This document shows positions 10,457 to 19,962 of a DNA stretch of 64,000 nt, in pieces. Source of the stretch: an uncultured Pseudomonadota bacterium (GTDB taxonomy: Bacteria > Vulcanimicrobiota > Vulcanimicrobiia > Eremiobacterales > Eremiobacteraceae). Within the stretch, counting starts at the first letter, position 1, and the number at the start of each line of letters is the position of its first letter. The DNA lies in assembly GCA_963736005.1 (NCBI GenBank), contig CAVTNB010000001.1:1920001-1984000 (forward strand). The letters are read 5' to 3'. The notes beneath the pieces were generated by a model. The model had not been told where the DNA came from and searched no databases. It saw nothing but the letters and a program-made list of their open reading frames with translations. The translations under genes were made by a program, and so were the position numbers.

Positions 10457-10511
10457 GAGCACCTCAGGTTAGAGCACACTCCGTACTCTCTTTTGGAGGA
10501 CCTCGATCGCA

Positions 10512-10727
10512 ATGAACCATGATGGAACAGGGATGACCGTCCGAGAAGCCGGGAAAAAAGGCGGGGATATCGTGAAGACCAAATACGGCCCGCAATTTTA
10601 TTCCGAGATTGGTCGCAAGGGCGGGGAAAGTACGAAGCGCCGCCACGGAACTCGCTTTTACGAAGCAATTGGCCACCGAGGTGGGCAACGCTCGAAAGCC
10701 CTCGGCAACGAAAGTCCAAGCGCATGA
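10512..10727 (+). CDS. KGG-repeat general stress protein (GsiB/YciG/Em-like)
   Basis: MTVREAGKKGG, FYSEIGRKGG and FYEAIGHRGG repeats; RBS GGAGG. Confidence 0.88.
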   Translation: MNHDGTGMTVREAGKKGGDIVKTKYGPQFYSEIGRKGGESTKRRHGTRFYEAIGHRGGQRSKALGNESPSA

Positions 10728-11020
10728 CGCGGGAAGGGTCCCGCAAGATGGGCGGCGACATGAGCGTCCGCGAGGCTGGCAAACGTGGCGGAGATGCCGT
10801 GCGCGCGAAATACGGTCCGACGTTTTATGAAGAGATCGGGCGTAAAGGCGGAACGTCCACAAAACAACGCCACGGGCCGGAGTTTTTCGAAAGCATAGGA
10901 CAAAAAGGCGGCAACGCAGTCAAGGACAAGTACGGTCAGACGTTTTACGAAGAAATTGGTCACAAAGGTGGTCAAAAAGTAAAGCGACTGATCGAAGAGG
11001 CAAAGCGCGCGGCGCGCTAG
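10724..11020 (+). CDS. KGG-repeat general stress protein
   Basis: MSVREAGKRGG, FYEEIGRKGG, FFESIGQKGG, FYEEIGHKGG; ATGA overlap with the upstream paralog. Confidence 0.9.
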   Translation: MTREGSRKMGGDMSVREAGKRGGDAVRAKYGPTFYEEIGRKGGTSTKQRHGPEFFESIGQKGGNAVKDKYGQTFYEEIGHKGGQKVKRLIEEAKRAAR

Positions 11021-11076
11021 GGCGCAGGTGGCCGGCCAATCGTGACCGCGACAAGGTAGGCGGCGACCGTTAACAA

Positions 11077-12165
11077 ATGCCTACGCTATTCATGGGTAAC
11101 CTCGACGCATCATCATTTCGCTCGATCGACCCCGAGGATATGCTTGGGGCCATTTTGGGCTTGCCCGAACAAGTGGACGACGCCAAACGTCTTGCGCTCG
11201 GCGTTTCGTTTGACGCGCTCGCCGGGCGAACGTTTTCTTCGCTCGTCATTGCTGGTATGGGGGGCTCGGCCATCGGCGGTGATTTTCTCCGAGCGGGCTA
11301 TGAAGCGACCCTGCGCTTGCCGGTAACGGTCGTCCGTGACTATCATCTGCCAGGGTATGTGGATTCGGAAACGCTCGTTTTTGCGGCGAGCAATTCGGGC
11401 AAGACGGAAGAAACGCTGTCGTGCTACGACCTGGCCAAAAAAGCAAAGGCGGGTATCGTTGCCTTTACGACCGGCGGCCGGTTGGCGGAGCTGGCCTTGG
11501 CGGACGGGGTCACGCTCGTGTCGTTTCCAGGCGGGTTGCAGCCGCGGGCCGCGCTGGGGTATTCGTTCGTGCCGCTGATCGTCGCGTCTGCGCGTCTTGG
11601 GTTGCTACCCGAGGTGCTGCTCGACGACATCGACGAGGCGAGCGCCGTGCTGCGGGCCGTGCGCAACGAGTGCAATCCCGAAGTGGCGTCGGCGAATAAT
11701 CCTGCAAAGGCGCTGGCCCAGAGCTACCTTGGAAAGATCCCGGTTATCTACGGCTCGCAGGGTGAGCGCGGCGTCGTCGCCTATCGTTGGAAAACCCAGA
11801 TTAATGAGAACGCCAAGGCGTATGCGGTTGCAAACGTGTTCCCCGAGCTCAACCACAACGAGACCGTCGGATGGAGCGGTTCGCACGGCCAAGGTGATCC
11901 CGAACGCGCTCTCGTTGTCACCATGTTGCGCGACGACCGCGAGCCGTCGCAGATCCGCAAGCGCGTCGAGCTGACGAAGCAGATTATCAGCCGTCGCAAC
12001 ATCACCATGAGCGACGTGTGGGCGCGCGGCGAAAGCGTGCTCTCGCGAATGCTCTCGCTCGTCTATGTCGGAGATTTCGCATCATATTATCTCGCGATAG
12101 CGTACGGTGAGGATCCAACGCCCGTGCGCGTCATTGACTGGCTCAAGTCCGAACTCGCAAAATAA
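11077..12165 (+). CDS. Bifunctional phosphoglucose/phosphomannose isomerase
   Basis: GMGGSAIGG, SNSGKTEET, RWKTQINENAK, PELNHNE, DPTPV. The start may be 11092. Confidence 0.93.
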   Translation: MPTLFMGNLDASSFRSIDPEDMLGAILGLPEQVDDAKRLALGVSFDALAGRTFSSLVIAGMGGSAIGGDFLRAGYEATLRLPVTVVRDYHLPGYVDSETLVFAASNSGKTEETLSCYDLAKKAKAGIVAFTTGGRLAELALADGVTLVSFPGGLQPRAALGYSFVPLIVASARLGLLPEVLLDDIDEASAVLRAVRNECNPEVASANNPAKALAQSYLGKIPVIYGSQGERGVVAYRWKTQINENAKAYAVANVFPELNHNETVGWSGSHGQGDPERALVVTMLRDDREPSQIRKRVELTKQIISRRNITMSDVWARGESVLSRMLSLVYVGDFASYYLAIAYGEDPTPVRVIDWLKSELAK

Positions 12166-12171
12166 GGTAAT

Positions 12172-12243
12172 GTAGTCGCGCGAATTTATTCGCGCTGGGG
12201 CGATTTTCCAATCGCCCAAGCGGACCTAAAGGTCCGCTGCTAC
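12172..12243. repeat. REP mosaic of three different hairpins (C, D and inverted B) between convergent genes
   Basis: GTAG-TCGCGCGAAT-TT-ATTCGCGC / GGGCGATT-TTCC-AATCGCCC / AGCGGACC-TAAA-GGTCCGCT-GCTAC. The last CTAC contains the lptC-like stop. Confidence 0.9.
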
Positions 12244-12812
12244 ATGCCGCTGCCGTGGATTGATGTTGTGCCAAGCGACGACGTGCCGTTGACGAAATTG
12301 GCTTGCAGATGCGATGTCGCGAAATCGTAACCTTTGTAGCGCACGCGCACTTCGCTCGGGCAGGTGAGCATCTGCAGCGGATTGTTCCAGAGAACATTTT
12401 CGGTCCTAAGATCCGAGAGATCGCGCGGTCGAACGCTCCAGATGTGCACCGCCCCGCTTGCGGTATAGTTTTGCGAGCGCATGTCGAGCGTCACCTGAGC
12501 CGCGGTGAGCACGTACGCCGGCTTGCCGCCGAGGTAGTAGGTTCCGCGACGAACGTTGTGATAGGTGGTCATTTGCCCATCGGTGCTGAGTTCAGAACTA
12601 TCCGCAGCAAACTTCCAACCGAGTTGGGTGCCTCGCTCGCCTTGACCGACGATCTGGTGCATCTGGATTTGCGGCTGGCCGACCGTCGTGGGCTGGTCGG
12701 GAGTCAAGAGGGCGCTCACCAAGAAGTAGGCGGCCGTGCCAAAGAGCGCCAGGGCGATGATTGCAACCCACAGACCAGGTCGCTGCGAAAAAGATTGAGC
12801 GAGGTATTTCAC
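12240..12812 (-). CDS. LptC-like LPS export periplasmic protein
   Basis: Single N-terminal TM, then a beta-rich region (WKFAADS, LTAAQVTLD, LRTENVLWN). GTGA overlap with lnt; Lpt context. Confidence 0.7.
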   Translation of the reverse strand: MKYLAQSFSQRPGLWVAIIALALFGTAAYFLVSALLTPDQPTTVGQPQIQMHQIVGQGERGTQLGWKFAADSSELSTDGQMTTYHNVRRGTYYLGGKPAYVLTAAQVTLDMRSQNYTASGAVHIWSVRPRDLSDLRTENVLWNNPLQMLTCPSEVRVRYKGYDFATSHLQANFVNGTSSLGTTSIHGSGM

Positions 12813-14374
12813 GCTCCGCCCCGCTTGGAACGCCATCCCACGGCGCCCGTTCGCGTCCTGATGAACCCCGCAATCAAAACCAGCAGCGCGAGGCTAAGCA
12901 ACCAGGCGATCCCAAAGCGATCATAGGGCGTCACGACTCCGCGCCCGATGTCCGCGACAATCGCACCCTGTCGATCGATGGGAAGGAGCGCGACGATGTT
13001 GCCCTTCGGATCGACGATCATCGAAATTCCGGTATCGGCGCCTCGAACGATCCAGCGACCTGTTGAAACCGCGTCAACGATCGCTACGTCTGCATGCTGA
13101 TCCGGGCCTGTCGTTCCGCCGAACCATGCGTCGTCAGTCGCGACAATGATGGCGTCCGAGCCCGCGTTGGCAGTCGCACGGGCGTATGGAGCGAACGCCG
13201 ATTCGTAACAAATGAGCACACCCCATTGGAACCCGGCTGCCGGGAGCAGATGAGGTCCGGGTCCGGAAAGAAAGCGCGACACGTTGTCCATGATTGGGAT
13301 CCGCGCCAGTACACCTTCCCATGGAAGATACTCAGCAAAAGGAACAAGCCAGCGCTTGTGATAGACGCCGCCCACCCTGCGCTTTGGGCTCAAATCAAGC
13401 ATCGAGTTGTAATAGGTGTCGGCGTTTGGTTTGTCGATCGCGCCCGTTATCAGCCAAACATTCGACCGTTGCGCAATTGACTCAAGCGCACTCAGGAGGA
13501 GCGGATCCTGCAGAGGCCAGGACGTCACTGCCGTCTCGGGCCAGACGACGAGCTTCGCGCCGCGCGCCGACGCTTTTTGCGTCAGCGCAGCATAGGTCGC
13601 GATGGTCTGGGCAAAGATGGCGGGCGACCACTTTTCGATTTGCGAGATATTTCCCTGAGCGATGCCCACGCGCAGGGAAGGAGGGGGCATCGTCATGTGG
13701 CTGCGCCGCGTGTCGCAAAAGACGATAAGCACCACGAGCACGACAAGCACGATGCCGCCAACGCGGCGCGCTTGAGGCGTGCCCGCAATGATCCCGGCGA
13801 TTGCTCCGTTGGCGAGCGCGATCACGCAAGTAAGGAGATAGACGCCGCCATAGGCGGCGAGCGGAAGCAACCAAGGCAGATGGACCGCCGCAAGACCAAG
13901 CTCTCCGAACGGCACGCCAAGCGATCCACGCGTGCGCCACGTTTCACCGAGCAGCCATGCAGCAGGCGCGGCAAAAATTGCGATGGTTCGAAATTCTCCG
14001 CGACAGACAAGCGACGTTGCGAGAGCGATGAACGCAATGTTGAGTCCCTGCCACAGACAGATGAGCACGAGTCCCAAAACCCACCAGCCGCCGATGAACG
14101 TGCTGAGCGAATGCGTAGTCCAATTCAGCAGCAAACCAAAGAGGATGACGCCCGCAAGCAAGCCCCAGGCGAATGCTTCTTTCCAGGACGATTTTGACCA
14201 GAGCAAGAAGAGCGGGACCAGCGCGATGAACGCAAAGATGCCCCAGTCAAGTTTCGGAAACGCAAGACTCAACAAGAGCGGTCCAAGCACGGATGCCCCC
14301 AGCGCCTGTGGCCAACGAATGGCAGGCTGGCTTGCGATGACATATCGAACTGCCGGGGCGGATACAGCGCTCAT
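12809..14374 (-). CDS. lnt: Apolipoprotein N-acyltransferase
   Basis: TM region plus nitrilase-fold triad motifs VWPETA, YHKRWLVPFAEY and LICYES; QGNI. Confidence 0.95.
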   Translation of the reverse strand: MSAVSAPAVRYVIASQPAIRWPQALGASVLGPLLLSLAFPKLDWGIFAFIALVPLFLLWSKSSWKEAFAWGLLAGVILFGLLLNWTTHSLSTFIGGWWVLGLVLICLWQGLNIAFIALATSLVCRGEFRTIAIFAAPAAWLLGETWRTRGSLGVPFGELGLAAVHLPWLLPLAAYGGVYLLTCVIALANGAIAGIIAGTPQARRVGGIVLVVLVVLIVFCDTRRSHMTMPPPSLRVGIAQGNISQIEKWSPAIFAQTIATYAALTQKASARGAKLVVWPETAVTSWPLQDPLLLSALESIAQRSNVWLITGAIDKPNADTYYNSMLDLSPKRRVGGVYHKRWLVPFAEYLPWEGVLARIPIMDNVSRFLSGPGPHLLPAAGFQWGVLICYESAFAPYARATANAGSDAIIVATDDAWFGGTTGPDQHADVAIVDAVSTGRWIVRGADTGISMIVDPKGNIVALLPIDRQGAIVADIGRGVVTPYDRFGIAWLLSLALLVLIAGFIRTRTGAVGWRSKRGGA

Positions 14375-15155
14375 GTGCATACGAACGATTCGGCGTCCAG
14401 CGGCGTTAGGCTTGGTGGCCATAGTGGCTGCGTTTGCGGTTTCGGGGTGCGGCCGTGGCCCCGTTGAGCCTCCACCGCTCATCACTACCCTTCCGTCAAT
14501 CCAATTCCAGCTCTACGTGCAAGGTCAAATCACCCCGAGTCAGGGGAACTACATCATCGCAATCAACGCCAACCTCAATTCAACGACGAATGTCAACGCA
14601 GTCGCAGGAGAGACGCCCGGCGAACCGACCGCCCAAGAAGCCCAGGGCACGCCCGCCCTGTATACCCACTGGGATCAGTCGCTCGTGTATGGGTCGTCAA
14701 CCATGGCACAACCCAACGGCTTTCTCTACAACTACAAAGTGTTAACGGGCGGAGCGGGGACCGCAACTGCGAGTTTTTTCCCGATCGTTCTAACGAGCAA
14801 CCAGTTCCAACTGATTCCCAACGGCAGCGTGGGCACCGGCAGCGGTAACGTCTTGAGCATCACCATACCCTTGTCTCAAATTTCGGTTCGAGGCAATCCC
14901 AACGGTTCCAACCCACCCACAATCTCAAAGCCAGCCGTGACGCAAATATATGTGAACTATATTACGACGGATACAACTGGCGCGCCGCAAGACCAACTTG
15001 GAGCGAATGGCCTCGGTACGTCTGGTTTCACGCTTACCGTGGATGCCAACCCATCCTCACCGACGACCGTTCAGATCCCAAACCTTTGCAACTCAACGTG
15101 TCCAAGCAATCCAAACCTGTTCATCACCGGCGGTCAAATCCTCGTGACGCCTTAA
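14373..15155 (+). CDS. Hypothetical lipoprotein (N/T/Q/P-rich, beta-rich)
   Basis: Signal peptide with lipobox VSG-C; lies antisense inside the lpt/lnt cluster. Confidence 0.72.
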   Translation: MCIRTIRRPAALGLVAIVAAFAVSGCGRGPVEPPPLITTLPSIQFQLYVQGQITPSQGNYIIAINANLNSTTNVNAVAGETPGEPTAQEAQGTPALYTHWDQSLVYGSSTMAQPNGFLYNYKVLTGGAGTATASFFPIVLTSNQFQLIPNGSVGTGSGNVLSITIPLSQISVRGNPNGSNPPTISKPAVTQIYVNYITTDTTGAPQDQLGANGLGTSGFTLTVDANPSSPTTVQIPNLCNSTCPSNPNLFITGGQILVTP

Positions 15156-15163
15156 CGCTCACC

Positions 15164-17569
15164 TCAGCCTCCAAAGCCCTGCGCGATAATTGGACCATTG
15201 TTGTTGATGCCGAACGTCGCGCTTTGCGTTGGGAAGGCTAGCAGTCCGAGCGAGATGTCGACCTCTTTCAGAGGCTGGTGATAGGCGACGCGCACGACGT
15301 AACAGTTTCCAACCGTATGCGAGATAAACCAGTTCTGGCCTTGCAGCGAATGCTGGGTAAAGTCATAGTCGCCGCTAAACTCCAGGTAATCGGCTCGTGA
15401 CAACGGGGTCGCCAGCTGGATCACGACCGGCGAATAACCTCCGCCTGGGTTGTACGACGTTCCCAAACTAGCGTATGCATACGGAGTCGGGCTCAGGTTG
15501 AGTTGATAGTTGACAGTGCTGAGAAGTTTGGCTTGGAAATTATAGCTGGTTGACGCCGTGAAGCGGTACCAGCTGCCATTGTAGACATTCAGGACTTCGC
15601 CAATCTGGTCGGAGCCGGTGAGTTTGTCGAGTGAGGGCATCGGGGTGTATCCCCGCACGCTTTGCGCGGTGTAGAGGAGCGTGTTGTCCGCGTGGTGGTC
15701 GAAGTAATACTGGAGGGTGGCTTGGTAGCTGATGCTCCCCTGAAGGTCACCCGTTCCATACGCGTCTTGCCGGAAGGTGGCCGAGGCGTTGAAGAGCGCA
15801 TTGTTACCAACCCGGAAGATGCCCGGTCCAACTTGGGCATTGAACTCCAGCCGTGACGTTTCGATATTGTCGTAGCCATCATCGTAGTTGCCGTCGATGA
15901 GCGTGGCGCTGATGGGCAGTCGCAGCGAAGAGATCTGGAAGGGGTGCGCGCGAAGCGTCAGCTCCGGTATGCGCTGGATGCCGACCACTGGGGTCGTTGT
16001 TTGGGTCGTTCCTACCGTACTCGTGTCGAGTCCATGATTGGTTGACACGACCAGATCTGCATCGAAGGCTCGAGCGCTCACGTGCGTGTCGGTGTTCAGC
16101 CCAATTGCCCGAGAGAAAGACCCGGGGTTCGTATTGTCCTGCAAGTTCAACCCGATGCTCTGGCTAAAAAAAGGCGAGAAGGCGATAGTGTGTTGGAAGA
16201 TGCCGCCAAACGACTTTGACGGACCGGTTGCGGTATTCGTGACGATATAACTCGTTGTGCTGCGCGCCCCGGTGTGGGTGATCGAGATGTTGGTCGACGT
16301 GGTTGTCGGCAGCGCGGTAAAAATAGCCGACTGGCCTGAATAATTGAACGCCAGCGAGCCGGACAGATGATCGCTAAACATGCGTTGCATGTTGAGCGTT
16401 GCTTGCGTGGTGTTGCGCGTGCCCGTTAGTTGCTGCTGGGTGGCATTGTTATTGAGGTTGTAGACAGAGAGCTCGCCGTTGCCGCGGCCGTCTGCACGAT
16501 TGAAATAAAGATCTGCGCCGAGACCGATGCCAACTTTTTGATAAAAGTCGACGTGGTAGGTTCCATACCAATTTGGACCGCGATAGAAATTGATGAAGTC
16601 GCGGATGAAGAATCCGTAGGCGGAATTGTACCCCACGCGCGGAGCGAACTCGTTCGAGCGCCGCGCCGCCTCCTCGGTAAGCGGCAACGCAAGCACGCCA
16701 AGAGCGGCGACGAGCACACTCCCAAGGTACAGGGCGGAGCTGTGCGCGATGAGCCGATCGTGCGGCCTGATCTCGATTTCCTTGCCGCTGATGTGGTAGG
16801 CGGGGTGGCTCGGATCGCAGGTCGTGACCCAGCCATTCTTGATGATCGTGTGGCCGTTGGGCTCGAGGATTGCTTCTTTGCCCTTGTAGTATAGGCGCCC
16901 CTGAATTTGCTCGCCTTGGAAATAAATCGCCCCTGTGGAACCGGCCACGTCAAAGAGCTCAACCTGATCGGTGTCGGAGTGGTACTCGAGCGCTGACGCG
17001 GTTGCGGTATCGCCATCGGATTGGGTCATGACGACATGGCCCGTGGCACGCAAGATCTTGGTCGTGGCATCGTACACCGCTTGATCCGCGGTGACGGTTG
17101 CATCGGCGTAGTCGAGCTCCACATGTCCGTAGGCCGTGAATCCACCGGTTGGGGAGTTGTTGCCATAGAGCTGGTCTGCGGTGACTCTGGCGATGCCTGA
17201 GGGAAGTGGCACGGGCGTGGCGGTGGCACCCGCGCTGGTTTGCGGAGCGGGAGTTTCAGTGCTGACTGGGGCGACGCCGCTGTTGGCGCGCGGAAAATCA
17301 GCAGCTGCTGGCGTGGGTGTGATGAAAACGGGTTGCGGTGTTGCCGCGGTGCTTGGCAGCGAGGCAGAACTCGAAGGCGTGGGAGATGCTGATTGGATCG
17401 GGGCGACAGAGGCGGAGGCGGTCGGGGAGGTCGACGGAGACGCTGATGGCTCCGCTGCTGCCGCGCTGTGCGCGAGCGGTCGTGCAGCGAAGGCGGCAAT
17501 CAGGAAAAGGACAGCGCCCGCCGTCCCAAAGGTTAGTAAACCTTTGACCTCAGATGCGCGAGAGACCAC
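15164..17569 (-). CDS. LptD-like LPS-assembly outer membrane protein
   Basis: Signal peptide, P/S/T/A linker, OstA-like region (VTADQAVYD, ATGHVVM), TTC..PAYHISGKEIEI and PRVGYNS..G motifs, then a long beta-strand-rich C-terminus. Confidence 0.8.
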   Translation of the reverse strand: MVSRASEVKGLLTFGTAGAVLFLIAAFAARPLAHSAAAAEPSASPSTSPTASASVAPIQSASPTPSSSASLPSTAATPQPVFITPTPAAADFPRANSGVAPVSTETPAPQTSAGATATPVPLPSGIARVTADQLYGNNSPTGGFTAYGHVELDYADATVTADQAVYDATTKILRATGHVVMTQSDGDTATASALEYHSDTDQVELFDVAGSTGAIYFQGEQIQGRLYYKGKEAILEPNGHTIIKNGWVTTCDPSHPAYHISGKEIEIRPHDRLIAHSSALYLGSVLVAALGVLALPLTEEAARRSNEFAPRVGYNSAYGFFIRDFINFYRGPNWYGTYHVDFYQKVGIGLGADLYFNRADGRGNGELSVYNLNNNATQQQLTGTRNTTQATLNMQRMFSDHLSGSLAFNYSGQSAIFTALPTTTSTNISITHTGARSTTSYIVTNTATGPSKSFGGIFQHTIAFSPFFSQSIGLNLQDNTNPGSFSRAIGLNTDTHVSARAFDADLVVSTNHGLDTSTVGTTQTTTPVVGIQRIPELTLRAHPFQISSLRLPISATLIDGNYDDGYDNIETSRLEFNAQVGPGIFRVGNNALFNASATFRQDAYGTGDLQGSISYQATLQYYFDHHADNTLLYTAQSVRGYTPMPSLDKLTGSDQIGEVLNVYNGSWYRFTASTSYNFQAKLLSTVNYQLNLSPTPYAYASLGTSYNPGGGYSPVVIQLATPLSRADYLEFSGDYDFTQHSLQGQNWFISHTVGNCYVVRVAYHQPLKEVDISLGLLAFPTQSATFGINNNGPIIAQGFGG

Positions 17570-17586
17570 GAGTCTTGCTCATTGAC

Positions 17587-18822
17587 TCAACGTCCCTCTT
17601 TCCAAAGCAAAGCGATGCCCGTCGTCCCCATGAAGAGATTAGGTAGCCAGGCGGCAACAGGCGCCGGTATCGCACCATTTTTGCCGAGCGCGTTGGTCGC
17701 CGCCATAATCAACCAGTACATCAGAAGCACGATCAAGGAAAGCATTGCCGCAACGCCGCGGCCGCGCTTGCCATAACGCACGCCCAACGGGAGCGCAATC
17801 ATGATGCTAACGAGACAAGCGACCGGCATGGCAAACTTCTGTTGCAGCGTCATTTCGAATTGCCGGGTGTCCTCGCCGCTCCCCTTGAGCGCCTTGATTT
17901 CGCGAGCCAGTTCGGTGGAACTCATTTCGAATGGCCCTCTGGGTCCCTCGAACAGCAACGACGCATCGGCGAGCGGAAACTCAAGCGTGGCGAAGTGCTG
18001 TTGTTTGGTTACAAGGCCATTGACGCCGTAGGTCGTGTGAACGCCGTCGTAGAGCACGAGCTGTCCATTGATCTGCCGCGCGGACGCCGCGGTGAGCGTT
18101 TCAGGGAAGTAGCCCGAGCCGAGCGAGTAAATCTGAACGTTGTGCATGAGCCCGCTCTGCGGATCCATCGAGCCCACGAAGATGCTATGCTGTCCGTCCT
18201 CTGTTCGTACGAACTGGTCGGGAGCGATGATCGGCTGGCTTGAGTGGTAAGCGATCTCGCGAAAAATCGTTTGCGATTTATGCTGCGACTCGGGTGCGAT
18301 AAAATCGTTAATCAAAAAAGCGACGATGGTCAGCGCGATGCCAAGGGCAAAGACCGGTCGCGCGATGCGCTCGAGCGCGATGCCGCTCGTGCGCATGGCG
18401 GTCATCTCGTTATCGCCTGCAAGTCGGCCGAAGCCTTGTAGAACGCCGAACATCGTTCCAAACGGGAAAATGAGGTAGACAAATGACGGGATTTGGAGGA
18501 CGATGTAGCGCGCCACGAGCCCAAATGGCACGCTCTTATTGATGACATAGTCGGCGGCTAAGAAAAAGCTGTTAATGAGAAGGAAGATGGTGAATGCGGC
18601 TGCGCCAAAGGCGAACGGCGCACTCACTTCGCTCATGATGTAGCGATCGAGGATCGCAATGGGGTGGGCTTTCTTTTCGCGCGTCTTGACCGCGTCTGGT
18701 CCGCCAGCACCTAAGAGCCAATCCAAACGCCTGGCGTGCACGCCAACCGGCGCGCTCGGCGTTTCGGTCAGCTCGCTCGCCGCTTGCGTCTTGGGCGTCG
18801 ATGCTTCGCTTGAAGTCGACAT
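17587..18822 (-). CDS. LptF/LptG family LPS export permease
   Basis: ILDRYIMSE, GRLAGDNEMTAMRTSGI, KFAMPVAC, AAWLPN. Confidence 0.92.
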   Translation of the reverse strand: MSTSSEASTPKTQAASELTETPSAPVGVHARRLDWLLGAGGPDAVKTREKKAHPIAILDRYIMSEVSAPFAFGAAAFTIFLLINSFFLAADYVINKSVPFGLVARYIVLQIPSFVYLIFPFGTMFGVLQGFGRLAGDNEMTAMRTSGIALERIARPVFALGIALTIVAFLINDFIAPESQHKSQTIFREIAYHSSQPIIAPDQFVRTEDGQHSIFVGSMDPQSGLMHNVQIYSLGSGYFPETLTAASARQINGQLVLYDGVHTTYGVNGLVTKQQHFATLEFPLADASLLFEGPRGPFEMSSTELAREIKALKGSGEDTRQFEMTLQQKFAMPVACLVSIMIALPLGVRYGKRGRGVAAMLSLIVLLMYWLIMAATNALGKNGAIPAPVAAWLPNLFMGTTGIALLWKEGR

Positions 18823-18875
18823 GCGTCGCCACTTCCTTCGCTTTCCGCGGCTATCCTGGAAACGCGTGAGAAGAA

Positions 18876-18938
18876 TGTAGCGGGCGACTGTCAAGTCGCC
18901 CATAAGAAATCTGTAGCGGGCGACTGTCAAGTCGCCCA
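18876..18938 (+). repeat. Two identical 27-bp family A REP copies in direct orientation
   Basis: TGTAGCGGGCGACT-GTCA-AGTCGCCCA at 18876-18902 and 18912-18938. Confidence 0.92.
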
Positions 18939-18948
18939 AGTTTCATAT

Positions 18949-19485
18949 TCAGTGCTTGACTTGCGCCGCGTGGTAAAGGGCGGTGACGCTTTGGACATAG
19001 CCGCGCGTTTCAGCGTACGGTGGAATGCCGCCGTACTTTGAGACCGCTCCGCTGCCCGCGTTGTAGGCTGCGAGTGCGAGGGAAACGTTGCCGTGATACC
19101 GTCGCAGCAAGTCATGCAAATAGGAAACACCGCCCGCAATATTTTCGTTCGGATCAAACGGATTGCTGACGCCGTATGTCGATGCGGTACCCGGCATCAA
19201 CTGCATGAGGCCCATGGCGCCGGCGGTAGAAATTGCGGAGGGATCGCCTCCGGATTCTTGCGTGATGACGGCGTGAACGAGCGTGGGTGGAACGTTGTAT
19301 GCCCGCGACTGCACTTGCACGATGGAGTTGAGACGCGTTGCATCCATCGAATGTGGTCCGTCGCCAAAAAGCAAGCCACCGCCGCTGCAACCAGCGACTG
19401 CGGCGCACACGATGACGAAAAGGACGTGTAGTCGCGCGACGTTCTTTGCGCGTGCGCTAATTTTCAATCTGAGCGCTACCACCAT
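18949..19485 (-). CDS. Lytic transglycosylase (SLT domain), probable lipoprotein
   Basis: AVITQESGG, GAMGLMQLMP, ALAAYNAG, ETRGYV; lipobox VAG-C. Confidence 0.93.
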   Translation of the reverse strand: MVVALRLKISARAKNVARLHVLFVIVCAAVAGCSGGGLLFGDGPHSMDATRLNSIVQVQSRAYNVPPTLVHAVITQESGGDPSAISTAGAMGLMQLMPGTASTYGVSNPFDPNENIAGGVSYLHDLLRRYHGNVSLALAAYNAGSGAVSKYGGIPPYAETRGYVQSVTALYHAAQVKH

Positions 19486-19514
19486 CTGCTGCTCGCGGAG
19501 GTTCGCGAGTCTAC
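19428..19514. repeat. Degenerate REP cluster overlapping the SLT 5' end
   Basis: GTAGTCGCGCGAC-GT-TCTTTGCGCG (19428-19452), GCGCTAATTTTCAATCTGAGCGCTAC and CTCGCGGA-GG-TTCGCGAGTCTAC. Confidence 0.55.
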
Positions 19515-19589
19515 ATTATGTATCGGCCGGTGGGTGGTTCGTCGCGACGAGGCTTAATACATAGCCTCAAGATGAACGCGGGGTGAAAC

Positions 19590-19886
19590 TTAGCGCCCCC
19601 GGCGGCCTGCAACCGATCGATAGCAATCTTGGCAGTACACCGGCTTATCTGGCCTGGGAGAAAAAGGTACCTGTGTGGCGGCCCCGCATTGCGAACACAC
19701 TGTGTCGAACATCATGCGCTCGCCGCTTCCTGCGCTTCGATCTCGTTTGCGAGCGCGCCGGCACTGAGGACACCTGGTCGGCTCGTGCTCGAAGCCTTTT
19801 TGAGCATAGAACTCCTGTTCGCCCGCGGTAAAGGCGAATTCAGCGCCGCAGTCACGGCAGGTGATGGTCCTGTCTTGAAACGCCAC
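19590..19886 (-). CDS. Zinc-ribbon / CxxC-x17-CxxC domain protein
   Basis: DRTITCRDCGAEFAFTAGEQEFYAQKGF..P.RCPQCR and CSQCG...VPFSP....PVYCQDC. Confidence 0.92.
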   Translation of the reverse strand: MAFQDRTITCRDCGAEFAFTAGEQEFYAQKGFEHEPTRCPQCRRARKRDRSAGSGERMMFDTVCSQCGAATQVPFSPRPDKPVYCQDCYRSVAGRRGR

Positions 19887-19962
19887 AATAGCCCCCAGTT
19901 TTCACGATTTGGAAACAACAAGAGCCTGCGTCAAAGTAGACTTTGCGCAGGAACTCACCAAA

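Noticed and set aside
10237..10975. Minus-strand ORFs 10237..10782, 10464..10862 and 10658..10975
   Set aside because: Antisense to the KGG genes, which have an RBS, a promoter and recognisable repeats.
13932..14372. N-terminal extension of the 407-aa ORF 13932..15155
   Set aside because: It overlaps lnt in antisense; the lipoprotein signal begins at ATG 14373.
18876..18938. Palindromic direct repeats as a mini CRISPR array
   Set aside because: Only two units with a 9-bp spacer, no cas genes, and the same GTAG-tagged hairpin recurs singly elsewhere, so it is a REP.
18823..18939. N-terminal extension of LptF/G with duplicated MGDLTVARY
   Set aside because: This is the antisense translation of the two REP copies, not a likely protein repeat.
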